A stretch of DNA of 64,000 nt from a virus. Location: the IMG/VR virus record IMGVR_UViG_3300020411_003736, positions 66,381-130,380 of that record; one strand, given 5' to 3'. Position numbers and translations under genes: made by a program. Positions within the stretch are counted from its first letter, which is position 1. Every line of letters starts with the position of its first letter. The notes beneath the pieces were generated by a model, which saw only the letters and a program-made list of their open reading frames with translations, made no database searches and was not told where the DNA came from. This document shows positions 31,279 through 40,195 of this stretch, one piece after another.

Positions 31279-32046
31279 TCATCTATCTATCGTATTTCGA
31301 CTAAATAATGATTTTATTCTTTTTATTTCCACATCTTCTATGTCCGCTTCTTTTGGATAAGGTAAGATAGGATGTTTTAAGTTTTTTAGTATTTTCCTCT
31401 TTTGTTTTTTACTACCTAACAAATAAACATACCTATGTTTTCTCAATTCCTTTTTTATCCAAAAATCTTTCTCAACTAAGGTACTAATCTTCTCTATATC
31501 GTTTGTACCATAATAAGGGAATATAGTTCGTGGATGTTGCCACTTACCATCCTCTTCCCATTTAAATAACCAACTATCCGATGGTCTTATTTTGTTACCC
31601 TGATACAACCAATTTGTTGCCTGATATATAGTCCCGACATGACCTTGTTGTGGATCTGAATATGATATCAAAGCTTTGATATCTTTTCTATTCTTCTTTA
31701 ACCAATCAAAACTCTTTGAAATAAACCAAGATTCAATATTTTTACCATAACCATCATGAACAAATAACCTTACCAACTCAAAAACAGATTCCCTCGGTAT
31801 AATATCCGATATAGAAGCACCAGTAAGCCTACCTATTGGATCACCATAACATATTGTACCAATTAACTCTTCTTCCGGCTCATCAAAAAATGGGTGTTCT
31901 TCACCCGTCAATCGATATAAACCCAAAGCCACACTACATTTAGTCCATTGTGCAGAATAGTGATATTTTATAATCATATTCTTTGCTAACGATTTTGGTA
32001 TCTTCCTAATAGACAATTTAGTTTTATCAAAATACTCAATCATCAC
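31279..32046 (-). CDS. Mom-like DNA adenine modification protein (GNAT fold), copy 1
   Basis: YHYS, ELVRL, KNIESWFI, SYSD..QGH.G.IYQATNW.Y.G, KHRY, PYPK. Confidence 0.82.
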   Translation of the reverse strand: MMIEYFDKTKLSIRKIPKSLAKNMIIKYHYSAQWTKCSVALGLYRLTGEEHPFFDEPEEELIGTICYGDPIGRLTGASISDIIPRESVFELVRLFVHDGYGKNIESWFISKSFDWLKKNRKDIKALISYSDPQQGHVGTIYQATNWLYQGNKIRPSDSWLFKWEEDGKWQHPRTIFPYYGTNDIEKISTLVEKDFWIKKELRKHRYVYLLGSKKQKRKILKNLKHPILPYPKEADIEDVEIKRIKSLFSRNTIDR

Positions 32047-33400
32047 TCATCAAATCATCATAACGAGCAGATAACATCTGTTTTGCTTGATTATCTCTAT
32101 TGTTGATTTTGTGTTGAACATCCTTACCCTGTACAGAGTTACTTTCGAAAATTTCTATCTTACCAATATTTGTATTGATACGAGCTGGATAAGTTAAACC
32201 ATCAGGACCAAATCTGTTTTTGATTACATGAAACCTACCTGTATTACCTATTTTATCTTCAATCTTACGACTTAGTGACATTACAAAATCCGCTGTCATC
32301 ACTTTAGCATAACTTTCAGCAACTTTACTAGCCTCAATCACATCTTCATCCAACGCACTTCTATTTGCCTGTGATGCTGTCCATACTGGAACTTGTAACT
32401 CACCCGCAAGTCCTCGTAAATCTTCATATATGTTACCTAATGCATGTCTCATCTCTTGTGACTTATGAACATCTCTCATAATATCAGCATAATCCACCAA
32501 TACCATATCTACCTTTTCTCCGAATGTCGTAACCTTTTTTAAATGCGCTGATAAGGTATTAACTGTACAAGATTTGGTCGGATAATATTTAATCGTTAGA
32601 TTACCCTTTAGTTTGAATAGTTTTTCCATCACTTCTTCTTTATGATACTTTAGGTTTTGACTCTCCACTCCACTAAAAATACTATCATATCTTAACCCAA
32701 CATAAGCCTCATTCAACTCTAATGTATAATGTACCACATTTAATCCTTGTGATAAAGCATAAGCACCCATAGCACTCAATACCCAAGACTTACCAATACC
32801 AGCAGGTGCCACAACAACACCCAACTCACCGGCACCCAATCCACCTTGCATCAATTCATTCATTATATCCCAAGGAGTTGGTGATGTAACACGAGCAGAT
32901 TCTTCATATCTAGCATCAATATCCACTAAATAATCGTGACCTAAATTTCTCTCAACACCAGCTTGCATAGCAGTATCAATCAAACTTTTAATTTCATCAC
33001 TATCACCATCGATTTCCAATATCTGTGCTGATTTAATTATAGCATCTTTTAATACCTGTGACTTATGGAAATCCAAAGCCTTATCTTTCACATAATCTAA
33101 ATCCGCGGCTTCAGTATTTTTATATACATCCTTTAAGACTTCCTTTATATTAACTTGTAAATTTTCAGATTCTATTTCACTTATTTTTATCTTAAAAACT
33201 TCCATCGTTATGGTGTCTTTATAATCCGTATAATACTGATGTATTTCCTTCAACACCCATTGGAAAGCCTCATTCCCTAAATATTTTGCATCTAATATGT
33301 CGTGAATTTGTTCTAAGAATAATTTATCAGTCATCAAACAAACTAAAAACTTAGTCTGAAAACTATATCCAAATGTTGAAATATTTTTTGCTTTACTCAT
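32036..33400 (-). CDS. gp41: DnaB-like replicative helicase
   Basis: GELGVVVAPAGIGKS, YTLEL, VDYAD, WTASQANR, KNRFG. Confidence 0.93.
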   Translation of the reverse strand: MSKAKNISTFGYSFQTKFLVCLMTDKLFLEQIHDILDAKYLGNEAFQWVLKEIHQYYTDYKDTITMEVFKIKISEIESENLQVNIKEVLKDVYKNTEAADLDYVKDKALDFHKSQVLKDAIIKSAQILEIDGDSDEIKSLIDTAMQAGVERNLGHDYLVDIDARYEESARVTSPTPWDIMNELMQGGLGAGELGVVVAPAGIGKSWVLSAMGAYALSQGLNVVHYTLELNEAYVGLRYDSIFSGVESQNLKYHKEEVMEKLFKLKGNLTIKYYPTKSCTVNTLSAHLKKVTTFGEKVDMVLVDYADIMRDVHKSQEMRHALGNIYEDLRGLAGELQVPVWTASQANRSALDEDVIEASKVAESYAKVMTADFVMSLSRKIEDKIGNTGRFHVIKNRFGPDGLTYPARINTNIGKIEIFESNSVQGKDVQHKINNRDNQAKQMLSARYDDLMSDD

Positions 33401-34443
33401 TTATTATTCCAATAATGTTGTAACAACATAAACTCAGTTATCCAATTATCAAAATTAGGTATATGACTCCACAACTTATCTTCAACCATCAATCGTTGTA
33501 ATTTATATTTAGTAAGATTTGGTTCATATTCCCTAACAGCATCTGTTATCTTCAACTTCACATGATTTGGTATATCAGGATCTTGTAACTGCATCAATAT
33601 ATAATTTCTCTTCACAACCAATTCATTTTCTTTAATTATATTGGAAATTCTAGTAGATTTGGAATTTGCACTATCTATCAACATCTTAACATCAAACTTC
33701 TCATTTTCACTCAATATTGGAAATTCCTTTATTATTGATTTTACACCAACACCACGTACACCAGATATTCTATCTGATTTATCCCCTTCCACAGTTCTAC
33801 AAGTTAACATATTTTGTGGATAAACTCCAAACTCTTTTCTAACCAATTCCTCATTATATGTTATTTTCTTTGTAGGTGAATATAATTGAACTCTATCGGA
33901 AACCAATTGCAAAAAGTCTTTATCAGTTGACATAATAGTACACTTTGAATCTTTCAATGTGGTGTTAGTTAAATATGCAATAACATCATCAGCCTCTACA
34001 CCATCTGCAGATATTACTGTTATTGGTAGGTGTTCTAAATACTCCAATAACCTAACTATTTGAATTCGTAAAGATTGAGCCTCATCCGTTGGTGTCATTG
34101 TCCAATCAACTCTACGATTTAGTCTAGAACTAACACCTCTACCCTGCTTATACTCTGGATATATTTTTCGGCGTTTTTTAGCCCCACCTTTACCATCAAA
34201 TACAATTATGCAACGAGTTGGTTTAAATTGATTTATACCAAAACGAATAGACTTTAGAAAACCAACTATACCACCAACATGACTACCATCCTCATTCATA
34301 GATGGATTTACAGCGAAAGCTCTGATAAAAGTATTCAGACCATCTGATATGAATATGTGTTCATCTGGCTTTCTGCTTGTTGGTTTTGTTTCTACATCTG
34401 ATTCGTATTGTTTATATAACTTAGAAAGCGACTTCTTACTCAT
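33397..34443 (-). CDS. rnh: 5'-3' exonuclease / T4 RNase H
   Basis: DGLN, VFDG, YPEYK, EADDVI, STDKDFLQL, GDKSD.I.GV.G.G. Confidence 0.9.
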   Translation of the reverse strand: MSKKSLSKLYKQYESDVETKPTSRKPDEHIFISDGLNTFIRAFAVNPSMNEDGSHVGGIVGFLKSIRFGINQFKPTRCIIVFDGKGGAKKRRKIYPEYKQGRGVSSRLNRRVDWTMTPTDEAQSLRIQIVRLLEYLEHLPITVISADGVEADDVIAYLTNTTLKDSKCTIMSTDKDFLQLVSDRVQLYSPTKKITYNEELVRKEFGVYPQNMLTCRTVEGDKSDRISGVRGVGVKSIIKEFPILSENEKFDVKMLIDSANSKSTRISNIIKENELVVKRNYILMQLQDPDIPNHVKLKITDAVREYEPNLTKYKLQRLMVEDKLWSHIPNFDNWITEFMLLQHYWNNK

Positions 34444-35545
34444 CTACAAATTCATCTGAAGTAGAAACATCATCTATGCCAAGTTTAGCCGAATCATATT
34501 TCAATATTAATTTATCACAAATTAAATCATACACATATTTTTGTGTATCTTCATCAGCCATCAAAGCACCCCAATCTTTGGATTGAAACTTATGTTCCTT
34601 TCCATCTTGGTCTTCAAATGTGTACCAAGCACCAGCTTGTTTGATAAGTTTGTGGTCTTTCAATACAGTCAACCAACTACCAAAATCATCAATACCTTTA
34701 TCGAAGTATAATTGGAAATCAGCACTTCTCAATGGTGGACCTAACCTATTCTTTATAATCTGAGCCCTTATCTTAATACCAACAGTATCTTTTTTAGTAT
34801 CTTTAATTTGTCCAACATTCTTCAACCTAACACGAGTAGAAGCGTGGAATGGTAATGCCTTTCCACCACTTGTTGTCCAAGGGTCTCCAAACATTACACC
34901 AAGTTTTTGTCGAAGTTGATTTGTAAAAATCAAACATACTTTTTGTCGAGCAATCATCTGAGTTGTTTTTCTCATAGCCTTTGATAAGACAATTGCCTTT
35001 GAGGTAGCCCAACCATCTTTGTCGAAGTCAGCATCCATCTCCACCTTAGTGGAAGCAGCAGCCAAACTATCGACTAATATTGTAACTAACCTATCTTTGC
35101 TTGATTCTCTAATCTTTGTAACGATTGCTTCAATGGTATCAAATATTTCTTCAACAGTCTCTAAGTGTACATACAACATATTTTGTGTATCAACACCTAT
35201 TGCTTGTAAAAATTCAGCTGAAACAGCAGACTCAGTATCTATATAGACAGCAAGTCCACCTTTCTTTTGAGTAGAAGCAAGAGCGTGAGCACCAATCAAA
35301 GATTTACCACTACCTTCTAACCCATTAAGTTCTGTAATCCTACCAGCAGCCAAACCACCATTGGGGCGATTTGATATTGCTAAATCCATCAATGTAGAAC
35401 CTGTGGAAATCCAATCTGTCACATCAGTTGGTGTTTCACTAACACCATCTAAAAAATAAGCAACCTGATGTGTCTTTGATTGTTTATTTAACTCATTTGC
35501 TATAACTCCAGCCAAATCGTCACGATTTTCGTTTTTATTTGCCAT
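34436..35545 (-). CDS. uvsX: RecA/UvsX recombinase
   Basis: STG..DL, GLEGSGKS, DTE, VDS, NQLR, GGKALPFHAS.R. Confidence 0.93.
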   Translation of the reverse strand: MANKNENRDDLAGVIANELNKQSKTHQVAYFLDGVSETPTDVTDWISTGSTLMDLAISNRPNGGLAAGRITELNGLEGSGKSLIGAHALASTQKKGGLAVYIDTESAVSAEFLQAIGVDTQNMLYVHLETVEEIFDTIEAIVTKIRESSKDRLVTILVDSLAAASTKVEMDADFDKDGWATSKAIVLSKAMRKTTQMIARQKVCLIFTNQLRQKLGVMFGDPWTTSGGKALPFHASTRVRLKNVGQIKDTKKDTVGIKIRAQIIKNRLGPPLRSADFQLYFDKGIDDFGSWLTVLKDHKLIKQAGAWYTFEDQDGKEHKFQSKDWGALMADEDTQKYVYDLICDKLILKYDSAKLGIDDVSTSDEFVDE

Positions 35546-35562
35546 AACTTTCCTTATAAGTT

Positions 35563-35602
35563 TGAGGTGGCGGATAAAAGGAGGAAAAAGTCCACCACCT
35601 CA
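35563..35602 (-). other. 12-bp RNA hairpin with CCUCCUUU loop between gp32 and uvsX
   Basis: UGAGGUGGUGGA/UCCGCCACCUCA (one G-U pair, minus strand only). Confidence 0.6.
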
Positions 35603-35622
35603 TTAATCCGATTTATCGGATA

Positions 35623-36384
35623 TTAACTATTGAACAATTTATCGAAATCATCTTCCACTTTTGTGTTAGATGATTCTGTAGTTGAAACCATTTCCTTCGC
35701 AGGTACAGTCTCTTCTTTCTTTTCTTCAACAGCTGATGGATTTAGGAAATTCTGAAGATGATCCTTCAACTCATCATATGTTGGTTCAGTGAAAAGTTCT
35801 GCGTAGTTCGCTTGTTCTTCCAATAACTTTTTCTGCATTTTGGCATCATCAACCAATTCAGTCTGATTTGGTTTTACACGAATGGTAGTTTTACCATATT
35901 GATTACCAGCTTCTGCAGGGGTTTGTCGTTCTACAACGATATCACGACCTGTCATAGGATCTGAAATATCACCATAATCTGGATCGGCTATGATACCAAG
36001 AAGTTCTTGATATACGGTTTTACCGAATCCCCAAAACTTAACACCCTCAGATTCCTCTCCACGAACAATTACAGGTGCAAAAGTTCTCATCTTTGGTTCG
36101 ATTCTCTTACCTTGAATCCATTCATCTTTGTCACCTGATGATTTTAGTTTATCAGCAAATTGCTGAACAGGATCTGGTCTACCAAAAGATTGTGGTGATA
36201 ATACAGTTTTGTTTGGTACTAAACTGTAGTGAAAAAACAATTCAATAAATGGATTGTCTTTATTATGTGCATAAGGAACTATTCTAATTTGAGTTTTTCC
36301 TGGTTGCGGTTTCCAAATAAGCGAAGCAGTGCTGCTTGTATTTTGTAACTGGTTTAATCTGGACTTGATTGCATTTATATCCAT
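35623..36384 (-). CDS. gp32: Single-stranded DNA-binding protein
   Basis: WKP...IRIVP, FWGFGK.VY, DISDP..GRD, acidic tail DDFDKLF. Confidence 0.85.
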   Translation of the reverse strand: MDINAIKSRLNQLQNTSSTASLIWKPQPGKTQIRIVPYAHNKDNPFIELFFHYSLVPNKTVLSPQSFGRPDPVQQFADKLKSSGDKDEWIQGKRIEPKMRTFAPVIVRGEESEGVKFWGFGKTVYQELLGIIADPDYGDISDPMTGRDIVVERQTPAEAGNQYGKTTIRVKPNQTELVDDAKMQKKLLEEQANYAELFTEPTYDELKDHLQNFLNPSAVEEKKEETVPAKEMVSTTESSNTKVEDDFDKLFNS

Positions 36385-36456
36385 TATTATTCTCCTAGTT
36401 ATGTTTAAGGTTTATTATCTATTAATAAGTATCAATAGATTTATTTTATTGTTTAT

Positions 36457-36485
36457 AATATACAAACTTTTCTAATGAAAAACAA
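36457..36485 (-). promoter_or_regulatory. Sigma70-like promoter TTGTTT-N17-TATATT, plus ATACTTAT late-like motif at 36425-36432
   Basis: Intergenic, upstream of gp32. Confidence 0.45.
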
Positions 36486-36490
36486 GAGTT

Positions 36491-36886
36491 TTATATGTTT
36501 ATTATTTTTAATATTCTCGTTGGTATAACTGATAACCCTTCTTTGTTAGTTATCAATATTTTATTACTATAGACATCCCATGGTATTTCCAGTTTAGGAT
36601 CCAATATCCCATTATTTATATTTTTAATTATCTCATTCAATGCATTAATAGTATAAAGAGTATTGGTTAATTTTTTTCTATGTAATGATATGGTTTTACT
36701 AACCAATGCAAAATCTAATTGTTCATTACACTCTACATTATAAGTACATACCAATTCATGATTTTTTTCTTCATTTTGAAGAACATAAATTTTCTCATAA
36801 ACTATGGTAAAATGTTTAGTTATATCAGCTATAGTCTGCTCTAAATTTCTTTTATTCGTAAAAGAACACAATAATTGAGTTTTCAT
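36491..36886 (-). CDS. Hypothetical protein
   Basis: 131 aa ORF, HRKK.TNTLYTINALN. Confidence 0.65.
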   Translation of the reverse strand: MKTQLLCSFTNKRNLEQTIADITKHFTIVYEKIYVLQNEEKNHELVCTYNVECNEQLDFALVSKTISLHRKKLTNTLYTINALNEIIKNINNGILDPKLEIPWDVYSNKILITNKEGLSVIPTRILKIINI

Positions 36887-36896
36887 ATAAATCTCT

Positions 36897-38996
36897 TTAT
36901 TTTTGAGCTTTTTTAATCCAATATTCTGCTGGATTATTATGTTTCATTCTACTTGAATATACATTACTCGGTGTTATTTTGCCTTTATTATTAACCATAT
37001 AACCCTGGTCAGGATCCCAACCATGCCAAACCACACTATCTGTTCCATTTGAATGAACTCTTTTTACATAAGTTTTCTTATCTCTCTTGTAAGTTACATA
37101 ATCAGAATTAGAATATGATTGTGTTTTCATTCCTCGTTCAGGATGATTGTAAACCATTGTAGCCACCCATTGATTAAAGTGATAGAATTCCATTCGTTTT
37201 TGTGCATTTTCCAAACCTTCACTACTTTTCATTTTTTCTTGATTCAATCTTTTTAACTGATTCTTAGCTGCATTTTTAGCTTTACCCATAACCTCTTCCA
37301 ACACATCACTATCTCTAAATTGTGGATAGTATTCATAAAGAGTATTTAAGTTATCCTCATACATCTGTTTTAATTCATCATCACTTATTGGTTTTTGAGC
37401 TTCATCAGAATCAGGAAATAATCTATCATAATAGTCTGTTAAACCTTTCAATACATTTAAAGTACCTTTTCTCTTCTCGCCATTTACAGTAATCTCAACA
37501 TCGTTGTCCTTATAGCTAGAGTTTTCATTTTTATTTGGCATCTGTGAAGCACCACCACCAGCAAACTTAACAGATGTCCCCTTTATGTATAAGACTCCAT
37601 CATCGGCATGCCTACCATCTACAGATGTTACAGTTGATTTAATTTGATCACCACCCATTACAGATAACACATCGGATGTTTTAAAGTTTCCAGATGATGG
37701 TATGTAAGTTTCAATTCCCTTATTTAAAAGACTCATAGCTTCAAATGTCTCCGCCATATATGCAGTCATATTTACAAATTCATTCACACCATTAGGATTA
37801 TTAATCTTTGTTGCTGCCATAATATCCAAACAAACTTGGTCGAATTCTTCTTGTAACTTTTGTCTAGCACCAGTAGTTGCCGCATTGTTCTTTTCTTCTT
37901 CCAATTGTTGAAGTTTTTTCAAACCACTTTTTACATTACTAGCGATTTCAATATTAAATTCATCGGTTAATTGGCTTTCAATTTTATCAAACATATCTAT
38001 CATATTATTTGAAGCATTAACAATACATTCTGTTCTACCCTCATCAGTATGAGCTGAATTTATATCACAAAATTCAACCTCACCATCTGGTAAAGTTTCT
38101 AATTTTTTCTGTGCTAATGGATCGTTAGGATCAGCCTTAATCGTAAACTTTCTTTCACCTATGGTAACTTCTTTGGAAACAATCTTACCATCTTTCATAT
38201 TCGTTTTTACTGTTCCGACTTTTCTTTTGGTATGAACTTCATTTGGAGCGACAGCAGTTCTACTTATTCCACCTGGTTTAGGTGGTACTTTAACTCCAGC
38301 CTTTTCAAACACATCAACAATATTTTTTTGCCCAACACTACCCTCATTTTTAGTTCCTGTGGCATACCTATATTTACTACCAACATAAAGTTTTGCTTTA
38401 TTTGCTTTTCCAGGTTGTAGATAAATTGGTTTTGTTAGTTCATACTTATCAACCAAAGTCTGTGCTAATATCCTTGCCTCTTCCTTTTTCCCATCTTTTA
38501 ACAATTCTTCAACTTTGTTAGCTGTCTTTTCAATTAGTGGATAAACAATCTCTTTATTTTGTGCTAAAACTGTACCAATCTTTTCACCCGGCATCACAAG
38601 ATCCAAGTCAGGCATCTCTATTCCACTAACAACAGTTCCTTTTTGAGACTGAGTCTTATTATCACTATCACCGGCATCATCAGGTTTATCATCCTTTTCC
38701 TTTGCTTTCTTTATTTTTTCAATATCATCCTTAGAAGCGTTTTTCTTAATTACTGTATGTTTATCTTTATTAACATTTTTAACTGTGTATATATTACCTG
38801 TTTTTTTATTCTTTACGACATGATCTTCATCCAAAGCCAATATAACAGATTCTATTATTTTAGAATCAATACCTCGTTGTAAACATAAATCTCTCAATAT
38901 AGATACATGACCAGCATCCTTTGGATCGGGTGTACCATTATGTACTCTAACTCTCCACTCTAAAAATAAAGATTCAACTAATGGATGTATTTTCAC
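36897..38996 (-). CDS. Large hypothetical protein, possible virion internal protein with C-terminal PD-(D/E)XK-like domain
   Basis: 699 aa; charged linker; P..NF..SD...SVK..GG motif. Confidence 0.5.
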   Translation of the reverse strand: MKIHPLVESLFLEWRVRVHNGTPDPKDAGHVSILRDLCLQRGIDSKIIESVILALDEDHVVKNKKTGNIYTVKNVNKDKHTVIKKNASKDDIEKIKKAKEKDDKPDDAGDSDNKTQSQKGTVVSGIEMPDLDLVMPGEKIGTVLAQNKEIVYPLIEKTANKVEELLKDGKKEEARILAQTLVDKYELTKPIYLQPGKANKAKLYVGSKYRYATGTKNEGSVGQKNIVDVFEKAGVKVPPKPGGISRTAVAPNEVHTKRKVGTVKTNMKDGKIVSKEVTIGERKFTIKADPNDPLAQKKLETLPDGEVEFCDINSAHTDEGRTECIVNASNNMIDMFDKIESQLTDEFNIEIASNVKSGLKKLQQLEEEKNNAATTGARQKLQEEFDQVCLDIMAATKINNPNGVNEFVNMTAYMAETFEAMSLLNKGIETYIPSSGNFKTSDVLSVMGGDQIKSTVTSVDGRHADDGVLYIKGTSVKFAGGGASQMPNKNENSSYKDNDVEITVNGEKRKGTLNVLKGLTDYYDRLFPDSDEAQKPISDDELKQMYEDNLNTLYEYYPQFRDSDVLEEVMGKAKNAAKNQLKRLNQEKMKSSEGLENAQKRMEFYHFNQWVATMVYNHPERGMKTQSYSNSDYVTYKRDKKTYVKRVHSNGTDSVVWHGWDPDQGYMVNNKGKITPSNVYSSRMKHNNPAEYWIKKAQK

Positions 38997-40158
38997 TCAT
39001 TTCCCCGTAATTTTTTCCTATTTTCATCTTTATCATAAAACCATCATTCTCAAGAATATTTTTAATATCTTTCAAAAGTCCTTTTCCATCTTTTTTTGAA
39101 TAATCAAATAAAAAACTATCATAATTATAAAGTACAATGTCTGTACCCTTATTTAATAAATAGTTGTGTATTTCCTTTAACAATATAACATTTCTTTCCG
39201 TCTCATATGACTGAATGTAGTAATTAAATAACTTCTGTGGGTTTAAATCACCCAAATTAGCCTTTTTTATCGGCCTCTTATAAATATGTGATTTTATAAA
39301 TTTCTTACTTATATATTCATCATAAAAAATCTTAACCAGTCTATCAACACCTCTAAAAAACTTACTCTTTTTCAATACATTTGGTCTTATACCACCATAT
39401 AGATTTTGAAATGTTATATTTTTAGCCTCATCCCTCGATACATCAAAATCATTAGCTAATTTATCATACACATATACATCCCCAAATTCATAATCTATCA
39501 ATTTCGAAATTAACCTTGGATGATATGATTCAAAATCAAATTCAATGAACGCATCATTTTCTGGAACAAAACACTCTCTTTGTTTTGGCGTCAAAGCAGC
39601 ATAATTAATATTATTTATAGCATTTGATGGCCGTGATGTTGTAGTAAAAAAATTATAATTCTGATACACTCTATCTTTATATATTATATTCCCTCTAAAA
39701 TCAAAAGTATCTCTAAACTTTTTCTCATTAACCTTAATACCATTCTTTTCTATATTATAAAATGCTCTAGTAAAATCCTTATGAAATTTCCCAAAATCAT
39801 TTAAATTAATATTAGATTCTATCTTATCAATAGCTATTGATTTAGCCTTCTCAACCATTTTTTGTAGTGGATAGTAATAACCGAACCCCCCAAATTCAGA
39901 ATAGAAATTATCGAATTCAAATTTGTACTTTGGTTCATTATATAACCAATAATTAACAACATTTATATCAGCAAAATCTATTTCATGTCTTAAAAATGTC
40001 CTATAATCAAAACCAACATACATATTACTTTTATCTATATTATCAATATCCTTCTCCCTATGTTTTGCAAAAATAATATCTTCTTCATACATAAAGACAA
40101 GTTTATTAAGTGGGTGGCATTTAGATAGATTTGGATGTTTAGTTGCAGTTATCCCCAT
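38974..40158 (-). CDS. Minimal family A DNA polymerase-like protein
   Basis: TSRPS, FDFESYHPRL (motif A), RDEAK.ITF..LYG (motif B), NYYIQS, YNYDS (motif C); no clear exonuclease motifs. Confidence 0.8.
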   Translation of the reverse strand: MGITATKHPNLSKCHPLNKLVFMYEEDIIFAKHREKDIDNIDKSNMYVGFDYRTFLRHEIDFADINVVNYWLYNEPKYKFEFDNFYSEFGGFGYYYPLQKMVEKAKSIAIDKIESNINLNDFGKFHKDFTRAFYNIEKNGIKVNEKKFRDTFDFRGNIIYKDRVYQNYNFFTTTSRPSNAINNINYAALTPKQRECFVPENDAFIEFDFESYHPRLISKLIDYEFGDVYVYDKLANDFDVSRDEAKNITFQNLYGGIRPNVLKKSKFFRGVDRLVKIFYDEYISKKFIKSHIYKRPIKKANLGDLNPQKLFNYYIQSYETERNVILLKEIHNYLLNKGTDIVLYNYDSFLFDYSKKDGKGLLKDIKNILENDGFMIKMKIGKNYGEMSENTSIS

Positions 40159-40163
40159 ACCTT

Positions 40164-40192
40164 AATATAACCCCTTTTTATTTAAAATTCAA
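40164..40192 (-). promoter_or_regulatory. Sigma70-like promoter TTGAAT-N17-TATATT
   Basis: At the structural/replication module boundary; -10 ends 5 nt before the ATG. Confidence 0.5.
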
Positions 40193-40195
40193 GAT

